Origin: a virus
IMG/VR virus record: IMGVR_UViG_3300020049_013145
Strand: one strand, 5' to 3'
Length of the DNA: 42,406 nucleotides
Shown: positions 27,240-35,195 of the stretch, piece after piece
How the letters are laid out: each line of letters starts with the position of its first letter
How positions within the stretch are numbered: position 1 is the stretch's first letter
Notes under the pieces: generated by a model
Seen by the model: the letters and a program-made list of their open reading frames with translations, nothing else
The model's database searches: none
Told to the model about the DNA's origin: nothing
Program-made: the position numbers and the translations under genes

Positions 27240-28709
27240 TTACGTACTTGTATCGCGATTGGGATCAAACTCGTGAAGCGTTTGGTTCTTCTTTCTTTCA
27301 AGAGAGGGGTGAATGCTTTTCATCGATGGCATTTCAGGCATAGCAAACGTGAGGCATAGTGCATCTGCCATATCAGGTGAGAAGCCAAGCCTTCGCTTAA
27401 TCATGTCCTTTTCTTCTAACTGGAACTTACCTTTATGAAAGTAGTACTTCGGTGCGGTGAGCTCTTTTACAAGCTCAGGGATCTTGGGCAACGCTCCACC
27501 ACGCTTAACCCACTCGGCCATGGAGAACCACATCTCAGCACGTTTATTGAGATAACGTGGGTCAATGGCTTTGCCTGAGAAGCTAATCTCGTGCGGTGAG
27601 TAGCCTGACTGGATCAGACTATCGATAACACCAGCGCCCCAACCGCCAGTGCCATCGATAAATTCCAACTCAGATCCCCACTTGGCTTTAGCAAGAGCAA
27701 TGCGTGTGGCTATCTCTGGAGTTCTTGCTCCCCGCATCTCAGCTGGGCGAAATGCGACAAGGCCTTGTCTTGGGAATAGAATAGTTCGGTCCCCACCAAA
27801 TCTGGCTACGTCAACGCCTAAGCGCTTCTGTGCGTTTGCATAATCTTCATCATGATAATTCCTTCGCATTGCAGCTTCCACTTCATCAGGGCCAAGTAGA
27901 GCGTTGGTGGATGTTGGGGGGAATAGGCCAAGGATTGTTGCCATGACCCATGGGTTGTCCCGTCCGTAGAGTGCGATCTGCTCTCGTGCATGCGTCACAT
28001 CCACGCGCGGTGTACGTTTTGGATCGTCTGGATCGGCTGTGATTGTGATCACTACCCAGAGCTCATTTCCCACGGTGCATACGTTATAGAGTAGTCCGCT
28101 TGTGGATGTGGGGTTACCAGCGCCTGCGATCATTCCGTCAATCACATGGCCTGTGAATATCTGAGAGGCCTTCTGTCCTACAGTAATAGGCATATCGCCA
28201 ATCTCATCCAAGAGAGCAAAGGGATATGGGGAGTGAAGACCAGAGAGTGAACGACCTACAGCTTCGGCATCAGCGTCTTTGGCGTAGGACCTGGCAGATA
28301 AGAACCAGGTTTCAGGGAAGTCGTTTGAGAAGATGCGCTCTTTATTCCATGTGAACATAGAGGATAAGAAATCTGACCTACCCTGCCACTTGGCAAGCTC
28401 AGCCCACAGGTTATCGCTTAGGTTGTCACGGCCTTCTCCTGAGATTGCTGCACCTTTTGGATGCTCACCCTTATGTCCAAAGCAGCTAAGCCTATGCCAG
28501 CCAAGCCAGGCAAGGACTGCTGACTTACCAGGACCAGTACACGCTTTGAGTGCAAGCCTACGCCTTGGGTTATATGGGCCGCCAGCAGCATTCAGTGCGT
28601 CTAACTGCCAGAGATCTGGCTCTACCTTAAACTGCTCATAGACAAAGAGCACTGGGTTCTCGCGGTAAGCCTTGATCCTGCGTGCTGCATCTAATTGTTT
28701 TTGATTCAT
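27240..28709 (-). CDS. terL: Terminase large subunit
   Basis: Walker A CTGPGKSAV, Walker B FALLDEIGD, nuclease motif GVDVARFGGDRT. 489 aa. Confidence 0.9.
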   Translation of the reverse strand: MNQKQLDAARRIKAYRENPVLFVYEQFKVEPDLWQLDALNAAGGPYNPRRRLALKACTGPGKSAVLAWLGWHRLSCFGHKGEHPKGAAISGEGRDNLSDNLWAELAKWQGRSDFLSSMFTWNKERIFSNDFPETWFLSARSYAKDADAEAVGRSLSGLHSPYPFALLDEIGDMPITVGQKASQIFTGHVIDGMIAGAGNPTSTSGLLYNVCTVGNELWVVITITADPDDPKRTPRVDVTHAREQIALYGRDNPWVMATILGLFPPTSTNALLGPDEVEAAMRRNYHDEDYANAQKRLGVDVARFGGDRTILFPRQGLVAFRPAEMRGARTPEIATRIALAKAKWGSELEFIDGTGGWGAGVIDSLIQSGYSPHEISFSGKAIDPRYLNKRAEMWFSMAEWVKRGGALPKIPELVKELTAPKYYFHKGKFQLEEKDMIKRRLGFSPDMADALCLTFAMPEMPSMKSIHPSLERKKNQTLHEFDPNRDTST

Positions 28710-28798
28710 TGAGCGATGATCTTTGAAATCTCAGCCAATGCAAGGAAGCCTAAAGCAATGATCGTTGCTATGATCAGACCTTCATAGAACTGCCTCAC
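28706..28798 (-). CDS. Possible 30-aa TM mini-ORF coupled to terL
   Basis: GTG start with GGAAGAG upstream. Hydrophobic core LIIATIIALGFLAL. The stop overlaps the terL ATG (ATGA). Weak evidence. Confidence 0.2.
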   Translation of the reverse strand: MRQFYEGLIIATIIALGFLALAEISKIIAQ

Positions 28799-28867
28799 TT
28801 GCGTCTCTTCCAGTTATGGCAAAGGACATAGTAAGCAAGGCTCATAAAGAACTCATAGACCAGAAAA

Positions 28868-29476
28868 TCAATCGAGCTGGTCTGGGTCCTCTTCTTCTTC
28901 TTTGGCTTTATCTTCCTTCGCACTAGCTTCCCCCTGTGCACTTGCAGTCAATAAGTCCTCGAGCGTAACCTTCCCCGCTACCTCATGCTTCTCTGTAAAG
29001 AGAGCCATAGACTTACCAATTAACTCAAGCGATCTGTTCTTATCCCAAAGCTTTACCTTCTTTGTGTCGCCCACATGAACCTTGGTTGGGCCTTCGTATT
29101 CAAAGATCTCAGCCGACTCAACTGAGGAAATGGACTTGGCCATCTCATCAGGCCATTGATTAGGGGGCAGTAGGGCACCCTTATCGTCATAGAGCTTTCG
29201 AACGTCAGATGTGCCGAGAGCTTTAAGCTCATCAAGCACAGTTTGTTTCATCCATTCGTTCCTAGCCTGAAGGGATTCTAGATACTGCTTATTGCGATCC
29301 TGATCTTTTCTAACCCAGTTGTAGATCCAGCCGTAAGGGAGATCGATTTTCTTTGCGATAGAGATAAGAGATTCGCCATTGGCTACGTTGGTGCATAGCA
29401 TCTCCATTGAGTTCTTTGATCTAGTGAAGGTGCCAAATCTATCTCGTTGGTCTTTGGTGTATCTTAGATTCATCAT
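28868..29476 (-). CDS. terS: Terminase small subunit
   Basis: N-terminal HTH (GESLISIAKKIDLPYGWIYNWV) and the C-terminal KLWDKNRSLELIGKSMALF motif typical of P27-type small terminases. Directly upstream of terL. Confidence 0.7.
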   Translation of the reverse strand: MMNLRYTKDQRDRFGTFTRSKNSMEMLCTNVANGESLISIAKKIDLPYGWIYNWVRKDQDRNKQYLESLQARNEWMKQTVLDELKALGTSDVRKLYDDKGALLPPNQWPDEMAKSISSVESAEIFEYEGPTKVHVGDTKKVKLWDKNRSLELIGKSMALFTEKHEVAGKVTLEDLLTASAQGEASAKEDKAKEEEEDPDQLD

Positions 29477-29676
29477 TCAATCCTTGTGACAATCAAGCCA
29501 TATGGGGATGCGGTCTTATTGAACTTCCGCTTATAGATACGGCAAAATTCATTCACGATCTTTCGCAATTGAGACACTCGGATAATAGCGCCTGACTCAT
29601 CTCTTTCCCATTCCAAGCAAAGAGTTTGCCCTATTTCTAAATCTTTGATTGGATACCTAGGCGGCTTTCCCCTCAT
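29473..29676 (-). CDS. Hypothetical protein (67 aa)
   Basis: ORF track. ATGA overlap with terS. Confidence 0.6.
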   Translation of the reverse strand: MRGKPPRYPIKDLEIGQTLCLEWERDESGAIIRVSQLRKIVNEFCRIYKRKFNKTASPYGLIVTRIE

Positions 29677-29753
29677 CCGAACCCCCCTTTAATTCCATAC
29701 TACACGATCTAAGCCATTTATTTGAGTTGACTAAATCGTTTTTAAATACCAAT

Positions 29754-30035
29754 TCACTCAATCTTTACGCGCTTGTTCTTGACTAAAACCCTTCGTCCAT
29801 AAATAAGATCTTGAGCTTTTATATCAAGCTTCCTTTTCTTAGCTACTTCGAGGACAGTCTTTTGGAGAGAGCTTGGGATTTTACCGTCAAGGCCATGTTT
29901 AGCTTTGGATTTAGTCCACTTGCAAACGGAGGAAGCGTTTCGCCCTATCGCCAAGGCAGTGGCTCTTACACCGCCAAAGACATGGATCACGTATTCTGCT
30001 GGGGTCAATTGCTGCATTTCATGCTGAGTTGTCAT
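29754..30035 (-). CDS. Cro/YdaS-like HTH DNA-binding protein (93 aa)
   Basis: FGGVRATALAIGRNASSVCKWTK helix-turn-helix pattern. Confidence 0.55.
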   Translation of the reverse strand: MTTQHEMQQLTPAEYVIHVFGGVRATALAIGRNASSVCKWTKSKAKHGLDGKIPSSLQKTVLEVAKKRKLDIKAQDLIYGRRVLVKNKRVKIE

Positions 30036-30064
30036 TAATCCTGATAGTGCGGAAAAGGCAACGA

Positions 30065-30289
30065 TCAGTCAAGGGGTTGTGGATTAGCTTTTAGAAGTAA
30101 AGCTGATTCAATCCCTTTAGCTTCAAGTACTAGGTCATCAGGGGAGATGTGATCGCACATTGCTTCACCCTTGCTATTCACGGAATACCTTACGTAGGCC
30201 GCACCATAGATCATGAGATCCTTTTCGATCTTCCCTTTGATGCTATTGGCGTAGAACTCAGCTGCCTTATTCAATTCATCTTCAGTCAT
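30065..30289 (-). CDS. Hypothetical protein (74 aa)
   Basis: ATG 30289 has a GGGAG SD 7 nt upstream. The ORF track starts at 30307. Confidence 0.55.
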   Translation of the reverse strand: MTEDELNKAAEFYANSIKGKIEKDLMIYGAAYVRYSVNSKGEAMCDHISPDDLVLEAKGIESALLLKANPQPLD

Positions 30290-30680
30290 TTGAAATCTCC
30301 CATTCAACTAAAATTGTTACCATGCCCTCACCCTTCTTTGCTTTGACCCAGCGGTAATCTGGCATGCCTATGTTTGAGAACCTATCGTTTTCAAGAACGC
30401 CTGCTAACACAAGTCCATCCACAATAGCCTTAAATCCGCTCACAAGGCCGTCAGGATCGGGCGAGACTGAGGAATGGCGGGTTAGGGTAAGCCTTGCCTT
30501 CTTTAAAGGGCTCTCAGGCAAAGGCACGCCTATCTTACCCAGATACTTAACCATGTTGCAGACGCTAACCATCCAAAGGTCTCGCTCAGCTTTAATCACT
30601 CGCCAGTGGGTGGACTTGGCACCTGATGGGTTAGTCATCTTGGGTAGACCAGGGAGTGTGAATTTAAGTTCCATAGTCAA
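30282..30680 (-). CDS. rusA: RusA-like Holliday junction resolvase
   Basis: FTLPGLPKMTN ... DPDGLVSGFKAIVDGLVLAGVLENDRF parallels the E. coli RusA ITLPWPPSNN ... [22 protein letters not shown]. Confidence 0.7.
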   Translation of the reverse strand: MTMELKFTLPGLPKMTNPSGAKSTHWRVIKAERDLWMVSVCNMVKYLGKIGVPLPESPLKKARLTLTRHSSVSPDPDGLVSGFKAIVDGLVLAGVLENDRFSNIGMPDYRWVKAKKGEGMVTILVEWEISND

Positions 30681-30976
30681 ATACTCGGTCGGTCCACATG
30701 GATTGTAAAGGTCTCGATGAAGCAGCGTGAAGACTCAGGGATCTTGCGTATCGTGCCTTCAAGAGACACTCTCAAACCTATAGCAAGTTTAGACAACTCT
30801 TGTACTCTATCACCTATAAGTTTACAGAGATGAGTGTTCACAATCACACGTCCATCGTGGAGTGTTTGGTTCTGCTCAATAGCAAAGCTTGCCTCAAGTA
30901 ATCCAGCTTCTGTTTTCACTACCCTGAACTCTGATGCAATGATTCCAGAGATTATGCATAAATTCCTTGATCTCAT
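30677..30976 (-). CDS. SSB-like OB-fold protein (100 aa)
   Basis: Start at the internal ATG 30976, which gives ATGA coupling to the upstream gene. The pattern NLCIISGIIASEFRV...SFAIE...HLCKLIGDRV...GLRVSLEGTIR resembles an SSB/PriB OB fold. No acidic tail. Confidence 0.5.
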   Translation of the reverse strand: MRSRNLCIISGIIASEFRVVKTEAGLLEASFAIEQNQTLHDGRVIVNTHLCKLIGDRVQELSKLAIGLRVSLEGTIRKIPESSRCFIETFTIHVDRPSI

Positions 30977-31146
30977 CGAAGGTAATTTTGCCCACAGTCT
31001 TTGTGCTCTTTTTGAAAAATAGCCATAATGGCCAGGATAGTATTTATTGAACACGGTAGTGTCGGCTCATACACCGTGTAGCAAGCATCACAATACAGCT
31101 TCATCCCAGGCATATGTACTTTGATCCAATGTTGTTTTTCGCTCAT
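30973..31146 (-). CDS. Cys-rich small protein (57 aa)
   Basis: ATG 31146 has GGAG 7 nt upstream. The ATG at 31173 is also possible. Contains CDAC...C...C. Confidence 0.5.
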   Translation of the reverse strand: MSEKQHWIKVHMPGMKLYCDACYTVYEPTLPCSINTILAIMAIFQKEHKDCGQNYLR

Positions 31147-31218
31147 TTGCCCACTCCAAGGCCTTTTTTGCATCTCAGTGTTTTAGACCAAACGTGTTTT
31201 CCCATTTAAACTCCAAAC

Positions 31219-31710
31219 CTAAATCACGCTAGCCAACGGAACCAATCCGTAGCCTTTGTTCCTGTTTTTAAAAGAAAAAGACATATATCTATCTTTCTTT
31301 GTTTCTTTGTTCTTATTATGCGGGTCACATTTTGAGACCCTACCCGCGTCATAAAATCTACGGCCAAGGATTTTAGCTATGTGTCTTTTATGGGATGACA
31401 TGGTGTCACTAAACTGTCTGTGCATGAGTCTCAATTTCCCTCGAAGTAGATCTGGATTAAAACGGTATACATTAGATTGTCGATAAAAGCGCTCAGTCTT
31501 TATGACCCTTTTCTCTTTCAAGAGCTTCAATGCCCTAAAGACTGTAGCTCTACTCAACCCACAATCTTTGGCGATAGTGCAGACCTTTGGGAATACACGA
31601 GGAACCTTGTCTAGTAAATAGATCGCTACCTTGAGAGAGGACCCCTTAAAGTCTTTTAAGTTCTCTGTGATTTGAACATTGACCGAGACGAAGTTGGCAT
31701 TAGATCGCAT
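31219..31710 (-). CDS. Winged-helix DNA-binding protein (replication initiator or regulator candidate)
   Basis: HTH IAKDCGLSRATVFRALKLLKEKRVI. First gene of the minus-strand block, with a basic C-terminus. Confidence 0.7.
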   Translation of the reverse strand: MRSNANFVSVNVQITENLKDFKGSSLKVAIYLLDKVPRVFPKVCTIAKDCGLSRATVFRALKLLKEKRVIKTERFYRQSNVYRFNPDLLRGKLRLMHRQFSDTMSSHKRHIAKILGRRFYDAGRVSKCDPHNKNKETKKDRYMSFSFKNRNKGYGLVPLASVI

Positions 31711-31953
31711 GATGCTCCAAGTAGGATGTGATATGGTTCAGTGATAAAAATTATTACTGTTTGCTATAAAAATAGATGGAGTTTTCGTTTCAGATATGAA
31801 ACTTATTGACCATCTTAATTCTAGCTGCAACTCGGATAAGATAACCGGGGAAACGATTTGGCAAGCCAAAATCTGAGTACCCGGACACTTTCCTGAATAC
31901 CCCCCTCAAACAAGTCTGGTTAAGTGCTGGTTAGGATAGGCAAATAAATCCTA

Positions 31954-31982
31954 TTGACTCTATTAGTCATATCACTTACTCT
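31954..31982 (+). promoter_or_regulatory. Candidate sigma-70-type promoter (TTGACT-17 nt-TACTCT) in the divergent control region
   Basis: Read directly. Just upstream are CTGGTTA direct repeats (31916, 31927; 11-nt spacing) and an AGGAT/ATCCT inverted repeat (31932-31951). Confidence 0.3.
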
Positions 31983-32005
31983 AATTACAGATCATTGAAA
32001 AACAC

Positions 32006-32161
32006 ATGAGGTCACAAATGAAGCTAATAAAACGCTTGGATCTGACCGAGATGAATATGCTCACAGCACTGAAGCTTGGGTGGATCTCAAGGATCGAATA
32101 CTTGGCATACAGGACTAAGAGACTTTCAAAGACTTTAAATAGAAAGAGGATACGAAAATGA
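32006..32161 (+). CDS. Possible 51-aa basic protein
   Basis: Below the ORF-track cutoff. The stop overlaps the ATG of the next gene (ATGA). An alternative in-frame ATG is at 32018. Confidence 0.4.
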   Translation: MRSQMKLIKRLDLTEMNMLTALKLGWISRIEYLAYRTKRLSKTLNRKRIRK

Positions 32162-32535
32162 AAAACTTAATCATGATTCTAATCTTAAACGTAATCGTTC
32201 TAGCCTCCACAGGTTGCGGTAAGGCAGGCGATGGAGCATCGGGCAATGATAGCGGTGTCGCTGAAGCTTGCGCTGACCACACAGCACGTGGAACGTGGAG
32301 AGCTGGATCTAGTACTCTCTTCCTTGGCAACAACTGTATCGGCACAGAGAGCGGATGTGGCCTTAGATTTCAGTTCAGTCACCCAGCCGGAACGGTTGTT
32401 GTGATGGACGTACAGCAAACCAGTGGTGCCATGGGCTGTGCTCCTTTGGGCCAACGCACATGTAACTTCGTTATCACTGGCAACAACATGGACGTATCGT
32501 GTGGCGGTGCTCCAGTCACCTACACAAGGCAGTAA
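32158..32535 (+). CDS. Cys-rich lipoprotein (125 aa)
   Basis: Signal peptide plus lipobox-like LASTGC. Six further Cys residues. Confidence 0.7.
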   Translation: MKNLIMILILNVIVLASTGCGKAGDGASGNDSGVAEACADHTARGTWRAGSSTLFLGNNCIGTESGCGLRFQFSHPAGTVVVMDVQQTSGAMGCAPLGQRTCNFVITGNNMDVSCGGAPVTYTRQ

Positions 32536-32537
32536 TC

Positions 32538-32762
32538 ATGAACGCAGTACAGATAGGGCGAGTAGTTAGATTTGCTAGGAAAGAAAAGAAGGTAACGCAG
32601 GTAGAGCTTGCACCAATCCTTGGGATTATTCAATCGGCTCTTTGCCGGGTTGAGCGTGGTGATCAGAACTTAACTGCCACACAGTGGCTCTCTTTCCTAA
32701 AGTTTGCTGAATGGGAATCAGTCCCTTGGACAGTGAAGAAGATTCTTAAAATCAAGGAGTAG
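32538..32762 (+). CDS. XRE-family HTH regulator (cI/Cro-like, 74 aa)
   Basis: KKVTQVELAPILGIIQSALCRVERGDQNLT. ATG 32538 follows the upstream stop by 2 nt. Confidence 0.75.
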   Translation: MNAVQIGRVVRFARKEKKVTQVELAPILGIIQSALCRVERGDQNLTATQWLSFLKFAEWESVPWTVKKILKIKE

Positions 32763-32763
32763 T

Positions 32764-32886
32764 ATGGACACATCCATGATGACGGTTGAAGAGGTTTTGG
32801 AGTTGATTGAGATTAAAAAGAAAGAGCTCTTACTACTGCTTAGGGCTACCCGAATCGAACTAGGAGACGACGATGACACTTTATAA
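32764..32886 (+). CDS. Possible 40-aa protein
   Basis: AAGGAG lies 4 nt upstream of ATG 32764. Overlaps the next ORF by 14 nt. Confidence 0.4.
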   Translation: MDTSMMTVEEVLELIEIKKKELLLLLRATRIELGDDDDTL

Positions 32887-33142
32887 CGTAGTTCTTTTGA
32901 TGTGCACGCTTGTTAACGATGTTCCATCTCAGTGCCATGAGACAAGAATCAGGGCTCAGTCACACGAGGATTGTAATACGAAGGTTGTAAACTCAAACAA
33001 GAGATCCGAATTGATTAGGGCAAGAGCAGGTCTTGAGGAGAAGAAGGCCGTAGTATTTTCCTACTGCGAAACTGAAGGCAACCAAGACGTTAACCCCTAC
33101 GATGAGATCGTAAAAGAAATGATCAGAGAGGAATCGATATGA
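32873..33142 (+). CDS. Hypothetical protein (89 aa)
   Basis: ORF track. The stop overlaps the next ATG. Confidence 0.6.
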   Translation: MTLYNVVLLMCTLVNDVPSQCHETRIRAQSHEDCNTKVVNSNKRSELIRARAGLEEKKAVVFSYCETEGNQDVNPYDEIVKEMIREESI

Positions 33143-33339
33143 ATCACCAGATGCTAACACCAGAAGAACTTGCAGATAGATGGGCAAACGACGTGAGGAC
33201 ACTTGCTAACTGGAGATCCCTTAAACGAGGACCGGCCTACGTTAAGATCGGTAGTTCTGTGATGTACAGAATTGAAGACGTGTTGGAGTACGAGAAAAAT
33301 AACACAGTCCACACAAGTGAAAGCGTGAATAAAAAATGA
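33139..33339 (+). CDS. AlpA/excisionase-type (MerR-like) HTH protein
   Basis: LTPEELADRWANDVRTLANWRSLKRGPAYVKIGSSVMYRIEDVLEYE. Confidence 0.7.
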   Translation: MNHQMLTPEELADRWANDVRTLANWRSLKRGPAYVKIGSSVMYRIEDVLEYEKNNTVHTSESVNKK

Positions 33340-33929
33340 GACTCTTAAGCCTTCTCCTACTAACCCTTCTCTGTTCATGCGGCAAAGGACCAAACGTCAC
33401 GACCAATGCACCAACGTGTGTAGAGAGACCATACACACCTGATGGACGCGGCAATGTCGTGTGTAGTGTTTACGCCTTACCTTCATCCACCACAGCGCTA
33501 CCAGACTATGACTCACTAGATGAGATTAATCATCACAATGACATGCGCTGGGAAAGCATAGACATCGCTCCATCAAGTCCTTCTGATAAGTTCACACCAT
33601 TTATTGGAGGAGAGTTCGATAACTTGAAAACAAACTTTGGTGTGAGGTGCGGTACCAGGATTGTTATTCCACAAACTGGTAACTACACCTTCACTCTCGA
33701 GTCTGAAGACGGATCTAAGCTATTTATCGATGGCGCTGAGATCATAGATAACGATGGCGTTCATTCCTATCAGGCAAGATCTGGCACTGTTGTGCTTAAT
33801 GCTGGCAATCATAAGCTGCATCTAAAGTCTTTTGTCGGATCAAACGGGAAAGGTCTAACTCTTTCATGGTCGTTCAACGGTGGGCCAACGACAGTAATTC
33901 CAGCCAGTCAGTACACTTTAAATAGGTAA
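33336..33929 (+). CDS. Lipoprotein with a PA14-like carbohydrate-binding domain
   Basis: Lipobox LLCSC. GNYTFTLESEDGSKLFIDGAEIIDNDG...GTVVLNAGNHKLHLKSF...GLTLSW matches the PA14 pattern. Confidence 0.7.
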   Translation: MRLLSLLLLTLLCSCGKGPNVTTNAPTCVERPYTPDGRGNVVCSVYALPSSTTALPDYDSLDEINHHNDMRWESIDIAPSSPSDKFTPFIGGEFDNLKTNFGVRCGTRIVIPQTGNYTFTLESEDGSKLFIDGAEIIDNDGVHSYQARSGTVVLNAGNHKLHLKSFVGSNGKGLTLSWSFNGGPTTVIPASQYTLNR

Positions 33930-33937
33930 GGAGATTT

Positions 33938-34087
33938 ATGTTTAAACTAATTGAACCAAGAAGTATCGCAACCGTTCAAGAGCATATCCATTTAGGCGAA
34001 GTGGATGACTTCATTCTCATTCTTTTTATCATTAGCTTTTGGATTTTGTGTTGGTCCATATTTAGCTATTTTCGAAAGGAGAGCTAA
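33938..34087 (+). CDS. 49-aa protein with a C-terminal TM helix
   Basis: TAAGGAG SD 5 nt upstream. TAATG overlap with the next gene. The TM segment is FILILFIISFWILCWSIF. Confidence 0.5.
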   Translation: MFKLIEPRSIATVQEHIHLGEVDDFILILFIISFWILCWSIFSYFRKES

Positions 34088-34308
34088 TGAGTACAGACTA
34101 TAGAATCGCTTGCTACACCTGTAAATCCGATGGACCTACCTATGCATCTAGTTCAATAGCTTACGGCTTCAAGGTTTGGACTACAAACGAAGAACTTTTA
34201 GCATGGCTTGGACACAAGGAGTCTATTGGTTATCACGAGGGGCATGACCTTAGAATTATTAGTGAGCACACAGATGTTCCATGGGAAGTTGGGGAGTCGG
34301 AAAAATGA
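34087..34308 (+). CDS. Hypothetical protein (73 aa)
   Basis: ORF track, coupled at both ends. Confidence 0.6.
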   Translation: MSTDYRIACYTCKSDGPTYASSSIAYGFKVWTTNEELLAWLGHKESIGYHEGHDLRIISEHTDVPWEVGESEK

Positions 34309-34487
34309 AAACCTTCGTATTCAAAGTGCCTGTCCAAGAGATCTGGGTAGTAGAGGTTCAAGCTAAAACAGAAGAAGAAGCTTGGGAAATTCTTAGTTCT
34401 GGAGGAGGCTCTCAAACATGTAGCATTGCAGGAACCACAAAGTCTGGTGATGCAGAGCTTGATAGAGTTCTAAATACTAAGAGGTGA
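34305..34487 (+). CDS. Hypothetical protein (60 aa)
   Basis: ATG 34305 overlaps the upstream stop (ATGA). Confidence 0.55.
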   Translation: MKTFVFKVPVQEIWVVEVQAKTEEEAWEILSSGGGSQTCSIAGTTKSGDAELDRVLNTKR

Positions 34488-34780
34488 TACGGATGAGAAC
34501 ACCTAAAGAGTGCGCTGAATCGATTATAAAATACATGAATTTTCTAGGATTATCAGATGAGAATTCTGATGAAACTTACTTATTTGCAAAAACCTTTCTA
34601 AGGTATGAGGAAGCCTTAGAGTTTATGTACGCACACCCTGATGGGCTTGATTCTAGATCTGACTGCTTTAAACACGAAGCAACGCAAGCTCTTGGGAAGA
34701 AGTGTTTTGAAGATTGTAGTGTGTGCTTAGATGAAGCAGACGAGTTTAAAGAACTATACAAAGACGCGCCACAAGATTAG
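34484..34780 (+). CDS. Hypothetical protein (98 aa; ATG 34493 is an alternative start)
   Basis: ORF track. GTGA overlap with the upstream gene. Confidence 0.6.
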   Translation: MIRMRTPKECAESIIKYMNFLGLSDENSDETYLFAKTFLRYEEALEFMYAHPDGLDSRSDCFKHEATQALGKKCFEDCSVCLDEADEFKELYKDAPQD

Positions 34781-34867
34781 TCGAGCGGCGGGATTCGAAC
34801 CAGCGCCCTCTTCGGTGAACATTTCTTATTCATGATCGAAGCGCTCTGACCTCTGAGCTACGCCCAC
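34780..34867 (-). tRNA. tRNA-like gene, anticodon CAU (Met or Ile2), with a 15-nt insertion at position 37/38
   Basis: The reverse complement parses as GTGGGCG-TA-GCTC-AGAGGTCA-GAGC-G-CTTCG-ATCATG[AATAAGAAATGTTCA]C-CGAAG-AGGGC-GCTGG-TTCGAAT-CCCGC-CGCTCGA-C. That is 88 nt, or 73 nt without the insert. It has a canonical GTTCGAATC T-loop and a GG in the D-loop. The acceptor stem has a 1:72 mismatch and two G-U pairs. No CCA is encoded. Confidence 0.6.
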
Positions 34868-34896
34868 TTAAATAGTCTCATGAATTAATTGGATGT

Positions 34897-35088
34897 CTAG
34901 CGTGAAGAAGACAGGCCTGACCCCAGGGAGGAATCAAGCCCATCAGTGTTCCCGTTTGTCTCAACTTGCTGATCAAGGCTTAGGGAAAATCTAGTCTCTA
35001 AGGCAGGCAATTTTTCAGCCGCCTCAAGCTCAAGTCTTTCGCGTTCTTTAGCGCGTTCAAATATCTCGCTTAAGTCAACGTCGTTCAT
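34897..35088 (-). CDS. Hypothetical protein (63 aa)
   Basis: ORF track. Same strand as, and 29 nt upstream of, the tRNA-like gene. Weak SD. Confidence 0.45.
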   Translation of the reverse strand: MNDVDLSEIFERAKERERLELEAAEKLPALETRFSLSLDQQVETNGNTDGLDSSLGSGLSSSR

Positions 35089-35195
35089 AACAAAACTGTT
35101 TACCCTGGCGTTGCTAGGAATGCAACAATATCTATTGCATGACCTTTAATCAGGTGATACCGAATGTTCAAACTTGATAACGAAAGGCGCACAAC

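Noticed and set aside
32115-32454. Minus-strand ORFs 32115-32345 and 32200-32454.
   Set aside because: They are antisense to the plus-strand lipoprotein gene, which has a clear signal peptide and lipobox and ATGA coupling to the upstream ORF.
34780-34867. The tRNA-like sequence as an attP core or integration-site remnant.
   Set aside because: No integrase or recombinase is recognisable, and the element is a full-length cloverleaf rather than a 3' tRNA fragment. The possibility is kept only as a check under the lifestyle finding.
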